From positions 32,885-96,884 of IMG/VR virus record IMGVR_UViG_3300044712_000851: DNA of 64,000 nt; one strand, 5' to 3'. The notes under the pieces are model-generated. The model searched no databases, had not been told where the DNA came from, and saw nothing but the letters and a program-made list of their open reading frames with translations. Numbering within the stretch: position 1 is the first letter of the stretch; every line of letters starts with the position of its first letter. Both the position numbers and the translations under genes were made by a program. This DNA is from a virus (taxonomy: Duplodnaviria; Heunggongvirae; Uroviricota; Caudoviricetes). This document shows, one piece after another, positions 37,174 through 44,218 of this stretch.

Positions 37174-37255
37174 TGCTCCCTACAAGACTCGAACTTGTAC
37201 GCTTATTGGGCAACAGTTTTTGAAACTGCCTTGTCTACCATTTCAACAAGAGAGC
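37174..37255 (-). tRNA. tRNA-Leu(CAA), class II
   Basis: 3-bp D-stem, anticodon loop TTCAAAA, 13-nt variable arm, T-arm ACAAG-TTCGAGT-CTTGT. Confidence 0.6.
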
Positions 37256-37384
37256 TAGTCAAGACGGGGTAATTTTACTCACGTCTGTAAATTTCTTAGT
37301 CCCCGTCAAGGAGACTATAATCCTATATATTTTACCTATCAAGTGTAGATTTCGTGCTACAACTCTTTTAAAGATAGGTTTATG

Positions 37385-37466
37385 TGCACCTAACAGGACT
37401 CGAACCTGTACGTCTTACGGCAAGGGCTCTTAAGGCCCTCGTGTCTGCCAGTTCCACCATAAGTGC
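37385..37466 (-). tRNA. tRNA-Leu(TAA), class II
   Basis: Anticodon arm AGGGC-CTTAAGA-GCCCT, long variable arm, T-arm ACAGG-TTCGAGT-CCTGT. Confidence 0.6.
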
Positions 37467-37772
37467 TTACTTCTTTTTCTTAGATCTCTTATTGGCATTC
37501 TTCATCTGCCTATAAGCATCTTTGCTCAGAACATTATTTGCATACTTTTTAGCCATTTGATTTATCTTCCATTTATATATTTACGAACAACAACAATTTG
37601 CTCTTTGCCATCTACTATTTTGATTTTTGCTACATAGTGTTCCATTTCTGGATTGGCTTTAAGTTTTTGCTGTTCTTCTTCTAACTTTTGATATATTTCA
37701 TTTGGTTGTGGTCTTTCGCCTGACACTTTGACCACCTCCAACTGTAATCATTTTTTTCATAAATAGAATATG

Positions 37773-37854
37773 TTTAAAATTGTGCACTCTGTAGGATTTG
37801 AACCTACGACCTTCTCTATGTTAGAGAGTTGCTCTACCGCTGAGCTAAGAGAGC
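37773..37854 (-). tRNA. tRNA with anticodon loop CTAACAT (AAC anticodon, possibly Val); uncertain
   Basis: D-arm GCTC-AGCGGTA-GAGC, T-arm GTAGG-TTCAAAT-CCTAC; A at position 34 is unusual. Confidence 0.45.
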
Positions 37855-37858
37855 TTAG

Positions 37859-37939
37859 TGCACTCGCCGAGACTTGAACTCGGACGCCTTTCGACATATG
37901 TTCCTTAGACATACGCGTATACCATTCCGCCACGGGTGC
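37859..37939 (-). tRNA. class II tRNA with anticodon loop CTAAGGA (AAG, possibly Leu); uncertain
   Basis: 3-bp D-stem, 13-nt variable arm, T-arm CCGAG-TTCAAGT-CTCGG. Confidence 0.45.
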
Positions 37940-38045
37940 TTATAGGTAAATGCGTTCGGGAATATCGGACTCTATGCACCTTGGCTTATTAGTTTCCAAC
38001 TGGTTAGTAAATTACCAAGACGTACCTCCCCATATTTACCCTATG

Positions 38046-38116
38046 TGCTCTCTGAGGGAATCGGACCCCCGCGATCTCGATGTAAACGAGTTATTCTGCC
38101 ATTAAATTAAGTGAGC
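38046..38116 (-). tRNA. tRNA-Val(TAC)
   Basis: Anticodon loop TTTACAT, T-arm GGGGG-TCCGATT-CCCTC. Confidence 0.55.
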
Positions 38117-38197
38117 ATACGGAGATGTAAGAAATAGGGGGTCATCAAGGCCCGATAAAAACCAGACCTCTCGCCCAGACTCTACACATCCGACGTG

Positions 38198-38269
38198 TTC
38201 GCCATCAAGGAATCGAACCTTGTGCCAATTCTTTATAAGAGAATGGTGCAGCCAATACACCTATGGCGA
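38198..38269 (-). tRNA. tRNA-Ile(TAT)-like
   Basis: Acceptor TCGCCAT/ATGGCGA 7/7, anticodon arm ATTCT-CTTATAA-AGAAT, T-arm CAAGG-TTCGATT-CCTTG. Confidence 0.5.
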
Positions 38270-38397
38270 ATATTCTAGATAAGCTGCTTCGAAACCAACC
38301 TACGATGTCGAGGTATCAGCCAAATTCGTTCCAGAGGTTGGGATTAAGACGTCATATGATTCCCCAACATAACATCGTGTTTATGATTTTACCTAGG

Positions 38398-38480
38398 TGC
38401 ACCTCACAGGATTCGAACCTGCACGCTTTTTAGTGCGCTGGTTTCTAAAACCAGTATGTCTACCATTTCATCAAAGGTGC
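38398..38480 (-). tRNA. tRNA-Leu(TAG), class II
   Basis: Anticodon arm CTGGT-TTTAGAA-ACCAG, 16-nt variable arm, T-arm CAGG-TTCGAAT-CCTG. Confidence 0.6.
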
Positions 38481-38619
38481 TCGACGAGATAGGATGTTTT
38501 TTGTGGTGATCCTATCAACCACAACAGGTGCTTATTATATTAAAGTGCAGAAAGGCAGCGGAAGTGCACTGTGGCCTGTTTTTATTTTTCCGTGGTTATC
38601 TAGCTCACCCACGTCCTAG

Positions 38620-38702
38620 CGGAGGATATAGGATTCGGACCTACATGCCTTATTCAGACGATTGTTTTCAAGACAATTGCTCCACCGTTGAGCGAATCCT
38701 CC
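38620..38702 (-). tRNA. tRNA-Ser(TGA), class II
   Basis: Acceptor GGAGGAT 7/7, D-arm GCTC-AACGGTG-GAGC, anticodon loop CTTGAAA, long variable arm. Confidence 0.6.
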
Positions 38703-39150
38703 ATGTCTTACCTATTATAATCGCTCTAATAGTACTTTTGTCAACTCCATATTTGTCTCCTAGCTTCTTGTAAGAATAAGTCCCCGTTGAGTAGAACATT
38801 CTTATATCTTCAACTTCTTTGGCAGTTAACTTATTGCGATTAGTATTTTCACCTTGAGCATAGTTGTCTCTTCCCCGAGACTGCATATCCTCAATATTTT
38901 CTTCGTATGTTCCTAGCCTTAGATGGGCAGGATTGCAACATATTCGATTGTCACACGAATGCAAAACCAACATATCATCGGGAACTGGAATTTTGTTTAT
39001 TATATTAAAAATAAATCTATGTGCATCAACTACTAATCCGTTTGGTCCCTTCCAAGCTCCATATCCAGATCGTCTCACTGCACCAGTCCACTCCCAACAA
39101 CCGTTTGGGGCATTCTTATTTACTTTGTCCCAAAAGTTTTTTATCTTCAT
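38668..39150 (-). CDS. HNH homing-type endonuclease
   Basis: GCWEWTG...HRFIF...VLHSCDNRICCNPAHL is HNH_3-like; 3' end overlaps tRNA-Ser. Confidence 0.6.
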   Translation of the reverse strand: MKIKNFWDKVNKNAPNGCWEWTGAVRRSGYGAWKGPNGLVVDAHRFIFNIINKIPVPDDMLVLHSCDNRICCNPAHLRLGTYEENIEDMQSRGRDNYAQGENTNRNKLTAKEVEDIRMFYSTGTYSYKKLGDKYGVDKSTIRAIIIGKTWRIRSTVEQLS

Positions 39151-39158
39151 TCTGTTCT

Positions 39159-39251
39159 GCGGAGAAAGCTGGATTCGAACCAGCGAGATAATTAGTCTAG
39201 CGATTTAGCAAACCGCTTGGGATGGCCACTCCCTATTTCTCCAGGATCAGT
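39159..39251 (-). tRNA. tRNA-Ser(GCT), class II
   Basis: Acceptor GGAGAAA 7/7, D-arm GGGA-GTGGCCA-TCCC, anticodon loop TTGCTAA, 15-nt variable arm. Confidence 0.55.
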
Positions 39252-39523
39252 TACTCATAAGCCAGATTCTGTTAGGTACTTTATGTTTCAATTTTCCATT
39301 GTGCAATCTATCTAAGCCTTGACACTCATCCGAGCAGGATTTGTCGTGGACACCACGGCTTGAGTACGCAAGTTGCAGCACTAGAGATTACTCGTTTCAG
39401 CCTAACTTAATAGGATCGTTTCTGTAGCTCTAATCGGTCTTCACAGACCCCCATTTAATTGGGTAGTTTGCTCTGCTGTCTGGACTTTCCTCAAAAATGT
39501 GGGTGCGTCCTCCGTAGTTGTTT

Positions 39524-39560
39524 AGACTCTCTCGCATTATGGCGGAGTCGAACCGCCCCC
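39524..39560 (-). tRNA. tRNA-like 3' module (T-arm GGCGG-TTCGACT-CCGCC plus acceptor); no 5' partner found
   Basis: No complementary 5' acceptor within 110 nt; next to the 270-nt non-coding gap at 39252–39523. Confidence 0.3.
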
Positions 39561-39631
39561 AACCTTAAGTCGCCTGAGCGTCAGGATTCACTGCCTTTTA
39601 CAGGCCGTCATTTCTGTAGCACATCTGTAAC

Positions 39632-39706
39632 TGGTAGAGCATCTTGGACTCGGACCAAGGGCCTTCTCGATATCAGCGAGATGTTTTACCTCTCAACTAA
39701 TGCTCT
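39632..39706 (-). tRNA. tRNA-Ile(GAT)-like
   Basis: Acceptor AGAGCAT/ATGCTCT 7/7, anticodon arm TCTCG-CTGATAT-CGAGA, T-arm CTTGG-TCCGAGT-CCAAG, CCA encoded; D-arm atypical. Confidence 0.45.
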
Positions 39707-39782
39707 ATTTAAACTGTAGGTAAGGATTTTTCTTACCTTTAGACTATATATGATTATATACGATTGTATACGATTATTTATG

Positions 39783-39857
39783 AGACCCGAGACAGATTTG
39801 AACTGTCGAATTGCGGGTTTGCAAGCCGCCGTGTTAGCCAGGCTTCACCATCGGGTC
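39783..39857 (-). tRNA. tRNA-Cys(GCA)-like
   Basis: Acceptor GACCCGA 7/7, anticodon region CTTGCAAAC, T-arm GACAG-TTCAAAT-CTGTC. Confidence 0.45.
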
Positions 39858-40376
39858 ATAATTTAATAACTTCTCTGCCAACTCTTTATCCTTAAACCAA
39901 AAAGTTGTTCCTTGTGAATTTGGAAATCGAACTTCTGTGTAATCATTAGGCTTCACAATCCTCTCCCAATGATACATGTCGTGTCCTTGATTGGTATCGT
40001 GGGCAACTATAATGTCGGTTTTACCGAACATCAAATTGATGATCTCTGGTCTACGATGTATTCCAGGGTCAACAAATGCCATGTCAAATTTCTTTCCTTT
40101 AATAAATTTCTTTATATAAGATTCAAGTTCTTTGTTCCACTCATCCTCGCATTCAAACAAAACTGGTTTCCAATTCTTATAATCTTTATAATCTTCTTTG
40201 CTCTTCTGAAACCAATCGGTTTCGGTCTTATAATGTAAAAGCTCTATGGATGTAACATCTCCACAGTTGTCAAGCAAAAACTTAGTCCCCTCGCCGAGAC
40301 CAAACTCAATAATCTTATCGATTTTTTTGAGTGCAAACAATTTTGTAAAGTGTTCTTGCCAATCAAGATATCCCAT
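39834..40376 (-). CDS. SAM-dependent methyltransferase-like protein
   Basis: IIEFGLGEGTKFLL glycine-rich motif I; DMAFVDPG. Confidence 0.4.
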   Translation of the reverse strand: MGYLDWQEHFTKLFALKKIDKIIEFGLGEGTKFLLDNCGDVTSIELLHYKTETDWFQKSKEDYKDYKNWKPVLFECEDEWNKELESYIKKFIKGKKFDMAFVDPGIHRRPEIINLMFGKTDIIVAHDTNQGHDMYHWERIVKPNDYTEVRFPNSQGTTFWFKDKELAEKLLNYDPMVKPG

Positions 40377-40384
40377 ATTATAAG

Positions 40385-40456
40385 TGCCCTTAGGAAGAAT
40401 TGAACTTCCATCACATCTTTAGAAGAGACGTGCTCGGTCCGTTGAGCTATAAGGGC
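40385..40456 (-). tRNA. tRNA-Arg(TCT)
   Basis: Acceptor GCCCTTA 7/7, anticodon loop CTTCTAA, T-arm GGAAG-TTCAATT-CTTCC. Confidence 0.6.
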
Positions 40457-40501
40457 TAAACGCTAATTCAGTTTATCAACAATATCATTAACAAAGTGAA
40501 T

Positions 40502-40586
40502 TGGTGTCCTAGCTAAGAATCGAACTTAGATCGGATCTTTAGGAAAGACCAGTTCTATCCGTTGAACTATTAGGACTTAGACTAAC
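40502..40586 (-). tRNA. tRNA-Arg(CCT)
   Basis: Anticodon loop TTCCTAA, T-arm CTAAG-TTCGATT-CTTAG, CCA encoded. Confidence 0.55.
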
Positions 40587-40725
40587 CTGTATATCTGCTG
40601 GCTGATCTTCTAACTCAGCCTCAGTTAAACCAAATGCTAAAGCTTGTTTTCCAGCATCATATTCACCTATCGGTTGAGGTGCTGGTTCTTCTGTAAAAAC
40701 TGGTGCTTGCATAAATCTTTCCATG

Positions 40726-40798
40726 TGCCCCCAGTAAGAGTCGAACTTACAACCCCATCTTTCGCAAAGACGTGCTCCTCCAATCAAGCTGTGAGGGC
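40726..40798 (-). tRNA. tRNA-Arg(GCG)-like
   Basis: Anticodon loop TTGCGAA, T-arm GTAAG-TTCGACT-CTTAC. Confidence 0.45.
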
Positions 40799-40919
40799 TT
40801 AGTTTGCGATGTCAATGATGGCAGAAACTAATAGAAATATAGCCCAGTTATTAAGTGGACTAAAAACTATTGCTGGTGTGCCAGACCAAAGCCACGCGAT
40901 AAGCCAAATGACTAACATG

Positions 40920-40991
40920 TGCATCTAGAATGAATTGAACATTCATAGCTGGTTTCGAAGACCAGGGCTCTATCCATTAAGCTATAGATGC
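40920..40991 (-). tRNA. tRNA-Arg(TCG)
   Basis: Acceptor GCATCTA 7/7, anticodon arm CTGGT-CTTCGAA-ACCAG, T-arm GAATG-TTCAATT-CATTC. Confidence 0.6.
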
Positions 40992-41702
40992 TTAAATCTT
41001 TTCAAAATAACTTGCCGAACAATCGTATGGAAATCCAGTAGGATCAAAATCTCCTATAAATGGGTATTCCTTTTTTAATATCTCCCACTCTTCTTTATTT
41101 TTTTCATCTTCCTGATAAGCAGAAGAATCAAAAATTAAATCCATTGGAAGTGTTCCATCTCTAAATTTTTCATAGAGATATAACAATTCGGTTGCAGGTG
41201 GTTTTTCTTTATCGTTTAAAAAATGAACATCATGAATGTGAACAGTCGTTCCTTTTGCGAGATCAAAAATGACATTGTTTAAATACCATTTGGCAAATGT
41301 TTCACTGTGGTCTGCATCTATAAAGACAAATGAAGATAAATCTTTTGCTACGGTTTTCTTCACTATCTGATAGGTATCCATAATGTTTCCTGACACTACC
41401 CATATATTTTTGTAAATACCTTTCCTAACTAAGTTGGCAAACGCCTCCTCGGTATTTCCAGGTATATCAAACATTACATGGAGAGGATCTCCACCATTTT
41501 TTAAAAGTGCTTTCTGTATTATATAAGTACTTCTTCCTTCTCTCTCTGTTCCCATCTCGTATAAAACTCTTGGGTTGTCTCGCCTTACTTTGCAGTAAAG
41601 TACTAGAGATTCAAAGTTAGAATATTGGCTATTAGGTAGGCTTGGCCATACCTCTTCCACAAATTCCTTACCATAACTATTAACCAAATTTCTTATATTC
41701 AT
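40992..41702 (-). CDS. class I SAM-dependent O-methyltransferase-like (TylF/CmcI-type)
   Basis: FVFIDADHSETFAKW resembles the LFIDADK motif of OMT family 3. Confidence 0.45.
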   Translation of the reverse strand: MNIRNLVNSYGKEFVEEVWPSLPNSQYSNFESLVLYCKVRRDNPRVLYEMGTEREGRSTYIIQKALLKNGGDPLHVMFDIPGNTEEAFANLVRKGIYKNIWVVSGNIMDTYQIVKKTVAKDLSSFVFIDADHSETFAKWYLNNVIFDLAKGTTVHIHDVHFLNDKEKPPATELLYLYEKFRDGTLPMDLIFDSSAYQEDEKNKEEWEILKKEYPFIGDFDPTGFPYDCSASYFEKI

Positions 41703-41708
41703 TTTGTG

Positions 41709-41779
41709 AGCGGGTAACGGGAATCGGACCCGTTGCTATACCTTGGCAAGGTATCGTTGAACCAATCAACTATACCCGC
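41709..41779 (-). tRNA. tRNA-Gly(GCC)
   Basis: Acceptor GCGGGTA 7/7, anticodon arm ATACC-TTGCCAA-GGTAT, T-arm ACGGG-TCCGATT-CCCGT. Confidence 0.65.
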
Positions 41780-41794
41780 AGATTTGGTGAGCCC

Positions 41795-41870
41795 AAGTGG
41801 ATTCGAACCACTAACCTATTCCTTAAGAGGGAAGTGCTCAAACCGTTGAGCTATGGGCCCTCAGTCACCA
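41795..41870 (-). tRNA. tRNA-Lys(CTT)
   Basis: Anticodon loop CTCTTAA, T-arm AGTGG-TTCGAAT-CCACT, CCA encoded. Confidence 0.55.
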
Positions 41871-42051
41871 AAGTCTTAAAGATACTGTTAAACAAATGAA
41901 ACAGCCTGGTCGAAGTGGTAGATAAATTTGGATAAGTAACGGGTATTAGCCCCTCGCTTTTCATATTCTGCCAATCATCAATTATGTAGAGTAAGACTTC
42001 TATTTCGTCTAATGTTAGCTCTAATCTAGCTGATTTGCTTTGTTCATGCAT
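41851..42051 (-). CDS. hypothetical small protein
   Basis: 66-aa ORF between tRNAs. Confidence 0.3.
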   Translation of the reverse strand: MHEQSKSARLELTLDEIEVLLYIIDDWQNMKSEGLIPVTYPNLSTTSTRLFHLFNSIFKTLVTEGP

Positions 42052-42059
42052 CTTTAATG

Positions 42060-42134
42060 TGATCCCAGATGGATTCGAACCATCGACTGACTGCTTAAAA
42101 GGCAGCTACTCTTAAACCACTGAGTTATGGGACC
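42060..42134 (-). tRNA. tRNA-Lys(TTT)
   Basis: D-arm ACTC-AGTGGTTTA-GAGT, anticodon loop CTTTTAA, T-arm GATGG-TTCGAAT-CCATC. Confidence 0.6.
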
Positions 42135-42136
42135 AT

Positions 42137-42202
42137 TGGTGGCAAGATCAGGAGTTGGACCTGAATTCCATGTTCTTCAGACACGTGCCGTGACCACCTT
42201 GG
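42137..42202 (-). tRNA. tRNA-Phe(GAA), canonical copy
   Basis: Acceptor GGCAAGA/TCTTGCC 7/7, anticodon loop CTGAAGA, T-arm TCAGG-TCCAACT-CCTGA, CCA encoded. Confidence 0.5.
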
Positions 42203-42207
42203 CTATC

Positions 42208-42289
42208 TTGCCTCATGCTGGTAAAAAGGGAATCGGACCCCTATTCACGGCTTAACAGGCCGTCGTCTTACCGTTAGACGATTTACCAT
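42208..42289 (-). tRNA. tRNA-Asn(GTT)-like, second copy
   Basis: Acceptor TGGTAAA 7/7, D-arm GTCT-AACGGTA-AGAC, anticodon arm ACGGC-CTGTTAA-GCCGT. Confidence 0.45.
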
Positions 42290-42294
42290 TGTGC

Positions 42295-42364
42295 TTTGGA
42301 GCTAGGATTCGAACCTAGAATCGGACGGGCCAAAACCGTCAGTCCTACCGTTAGACGACTCCAA
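42295..42364 (-). tRNA. tRNA-Gln(TTG)
   Basis: Acceptor TTTGGAG 7/7, anticodon arm GACGG-TTTTGGC-CCGTC, T-arm CTAGG-TTCGAAT-CCTAG. Confidence 0.6.
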
Positions 42365-42404
42365 AATATCTATGCATTTTTTTCTAAATCTATGTAAATC
42401 TGTG

Positions 42405-42475
42405 CTTTGGGTCAGAGATTCGAACTCCAGTAAATAGATTCAGAGTCTATTGTCCTACCGCTAGACGAACCCAAA
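42405..42475 (-). tRNA. tRNA-Gln(CTG)
   Basis: Acceptor TTTGGGT 7/7, anticodon arm ATAGA-CTCTGAA-TCTAT. Confidence 0.55.
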
Positions 42476-42482
42476 TTATAAC

Positions 42483-42575
42483 TACGGGCTAGGACTCCAA
42501 CCTAGATTCCAACCGTCCCCTCCAACTTCAGGTTTAAAGCTATTCTCCGCCTCTGGCAGAGTTGCTGGTCGGGTG
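42483..42575 (-). tRNA. tRNA-like element with atypical T-loop (TTGGAGT); unresolved
   Basis: Stem CTAGG/CCTAG plus acceptor-like CCCGTAG but no matching 5' strand. Confidence 0.25.
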
Positions 42576-42608
42576 TTTTGCCAAATGTTTGGACACTATC
42601 CGTAATAT

Positions 42609-42677
42609 GTTGCGGAACTAAGAATTGAACTTATCTTTGAGGTTATGAGTCTCAAGTGCACCGTACACCAATCCGCA
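42609..42677 (-). tRNA. tRNA-Met/Ile2(CAT)
   Basis: Anticodon core CTCATAA, T-arm TAAG-TTCAATT-CTTA. Confidence 0.45.
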
Positions 42678-42680
42678 TGT

Positions 42681-42875
42681 CTAAATCTTTTTCTTTTTTA
42701 AGATTTCTTTAATGGTCTTTAAATCAACTGGTTTGTCTCCACCTATTACAGCCAAGGTATGTTTAGGTGATTCAATTGACAAACATATATCATTAAATTC
42801 TGGCATCTCCACTATCTTTTTACCTAAGGCTACTGCGTTTTTAATAGTATTGGTTTCAAACCAGATTTTAACCAT
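42681..42875 (-). CDS. hypothetical small protein
   Basis: 64-aa ORF between tRNAs. Confidence 0.3.
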   Translation of the reverse strand: MVKIWFETNTIKNAVALGKKIVEMPEFNDICLSIESPKHTLAVIGGDKPVDLKTIKEILKKKKI

Positions 42876-42887
42876 TTTATAAATTGT

Positions 42888-42957
42888 GACGGCTATAAGA
42901 ATTGAACTTATACGAAGGCCTTATGAGAGCCCCGTTCTGCCGTTGAACTAAACCGTC
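42888..42957 (-). tRNA. tRNA-Met(CAT), second CAT tRNA
   Basis: D-arm GTTC-AACGGCA-GAAC, anticodon loop CTCATAA, T-arm ATAAG-TTCAATT-CTTAT. Confidence 0.5.
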
Positions 42958-42963
42958 CTACTG

Positions 42964-43035
42964 TGACCCTGTGGAGATTCGAACTCCAGTAAGCAGAATG
43001 AAAGTCTGCTAGCCTAACCGCTAGCTGACAGGGCC
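42964..43035 (-). tRNA. tRNA-Glu(TTC)
   Basis: D-arm AGCT-AGCGGTTA-GGCT, anticodon arm GCAGA-CTTTCAT-TCTGC, T-arm TGGAG-TTCGAAT-CTCCA. Confidence 0.55.
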
Positions 43036-43235
43036 TTATATCCTCCACAGAATGGGCATTGTTCTTCAAATAACCTCATTCCATCAATTGTCTCATCGTC
43101 ATAATTAGAATGCAAACCAAATGTTTTTTTATGTCCAGTACATTTTTTAATACCAGATTTAATCATTTTATCTAACTTAACTCTCCTCTTAATGTCTTTG
43201 TCTTTATTACTAACACTTATATATGTTATTTGCAT
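43014..43235 (-). CDS. hypothetical small zinc-ribbon-like protein
   Basis: CTGH...CPFCGG. Confidence 0.3.
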   Translation of the reverse strand: MQITYISVSNKDKDIKRRVKLDKMIKSGIKKCTGHKKTFGLHSNYDDETIDGMRLFEEQCPFCGGYKALSASG

Positions 43236-43264
43236 TTATATGTTATTTGCATTGTGCCGACTGA

Positions 43265-43348
43265 AGGACTTGCACCTCCGTAGCCCTTTCGGACATCAGT
43301 TCTACAGACTGACGCAATTGCTACTCTGCCAAATCGGCATGTGGGTGG
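43265..43348 (-). tRNA. tRNA-Tyr(GTA), class II
   Basis: Acceptor GCCGATT/AGTCGGC, anticodon arm TCAGT-CTGTAGA-ACTGA, 15-nt variable arm. Confidence 0.65.
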
Positions 43349-43353
43349 CTAGA

Positions 43354-43425
43354 GAGAATTGAACTCTCGCGAATAGGTTCACAGCCTATTGATCTACCAC
43401 TGATCTATAACCACCATATTTTGCT
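43354..43425 (-). tRNA. tRNA-His(GTG) with G-1
   Basis: Extra 5' G, D-arm GATC-AGTGGTA-GATC, anticodon arm ATAGG-CTGTGAA-CCTAT. Confidence 0.6.
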
Positions 43426-43590
43426 GGAGTTCCCCCTGTACCAGCTTGTGTTCTTAGACCTTAAACTTTGAACAGGATGTTAAGGCACCTACCCAGGTGT
43501 AGAACCCATCCCCAGAGAAATTTTATACGGCATTATCTCCCAACCAATCAGTAAACTATGTTCAGGGAGCTCAAATCTGCTCCGTAAGGG

Positions 43591-43675
43591 ACTGTCCTCT
43601 TGGTGATGTCACACGGATTCGAACCGTGGTGAGTAGACTGAGAATCTACTAGCCTAAGCCTCTAGCTGATGACAC
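43591..43675 (-). tRNA. tRNA-Glu(CTC)
   Basis: Anticodon arm GTAGA-TTCTCAG-TCTAC, T-arm CACGG-TTCGAAT-CCGTG, CCA encoded. Confidence 0.55.
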
Positions 43676-43988
43676 CGAATAAACTTTGCTGTCTGACTTC
43701 TTTGGTTTTGACTTTCTTTTTACTATCAGGATTAAATGTATAATCTATCAAGTAATAAGTATCTCCCGCTTTAATTTCATTGTTTGAAAACTTGGCTACT
43801 AGGGTACTGTTTTTATTATGCACACCCTTTAGTCTCAAGTCTTCAGGAGACAAAGTCATAGTCTCCCCAGAGTGAACTACCTTAATTCCCTTGTTTTCTG
43901 AGAGTGCTCTCTTGACAAAGAAATCTCTAAGGCTAACTCTTGATCCAAATCTAAGTTCTTTTTTATGCTCGAACTTTAAACACTTCAT
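43662..43988 (-). CDS. hypothetical protein
   Basis: 108-aa ORF; C-terminus overlaps a tRNA. Confidence 0.4.
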   Translation of the reverse strand: MKCLKFEHKKELRFGSRVSLRDFFVKRALSENKGIKVVHSGETMTLSPEDLRLKGVHNKNSTLVAKFSNNEIKAGDTYYLIDYTFNPDSKKKVKTKEVRQQSLFGVIS

Positions 43989-43994
43989 ACTAAG

Positions 43995-44065
43995 TCAGGG
44001 AACTGAGAATTGGACTCAGTCTAGACGGCCCCAAACCGCCCGTGCTACCGTAACACTTTACCCTG
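43995..44065 (-). tRNA. tRNA-Pro(TGG)
   Basis: Anticodon arm GGCGG-TTTGGGG-CCGTC, T-arm CTGAG-TCCAATT-CTCAG. Confidence 0.55.
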
Positions 44066-44070
44066 TTATG

Positions 44071-44151
44071 CACCAGTGCTAGGATTCGAACCTAGAGTTT
44101 CGGGTTTGGAGTCCGATGGTTTACCGTTAACCGACACTGATAGATGCGCGT
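44071..44151 (-). tRNA. tRNA-Trp(CCA)
   Basis: D-arm GGTT-AACGGTA-AACC, anticodon loop CTCCAAA, T-arm CTAGG-TTCGAAT-CCTAG. Confidence 0.55.
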
Positions 44152-44156
44152 CTACG

Positions 44157-44218
44157 GGGAATCGAACCCCGCCCTACCGCTAGACAGGCGGTCATCTTAG
44201 CCAATTGACTCTAGACGC
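44157..44218 (-). tRNA. tRNA-Asp(GTC)
   Basis: Acceptor GCGTCTA 7/7, anticodon arm ACCGC-CTGTCTA-GCGGT, T-arm CGGGG-TTCGATT-CCCCG. Confidence 0.6.

Noticed and set aside
36556-37223. ORFs 36556–36786 (+), 36940–37128 (−), 37002–37223 (+)
   Set aside because: All fall on tRNA genes (Thr, Ala/Cys-like, Leu); no ribosome-binding sites
37471-37746. Two tiny minus-strand ORFs (GTG-start 58 aa; 29-aa basic peptide MAKKYANNVLSKDAYRQMKNANKRSKKKK) between tRNAs
   Set aside because: Have GGAGGTG-like sites but are too short to support without expression data
38528-38773. 81-aa plus-strand ORF
   Set aside because: Overlaps tRNA-Ser(TGA) and the HNH gene on the other strand
39459-39719. 86-aa plus-strand ORF
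   Set aside because: Lies across tRNA-Ile(GAT) and a tRNA-like module on the opposite strand; no ribosome-binding site; an artefact of low stop-codon density in structured RNA
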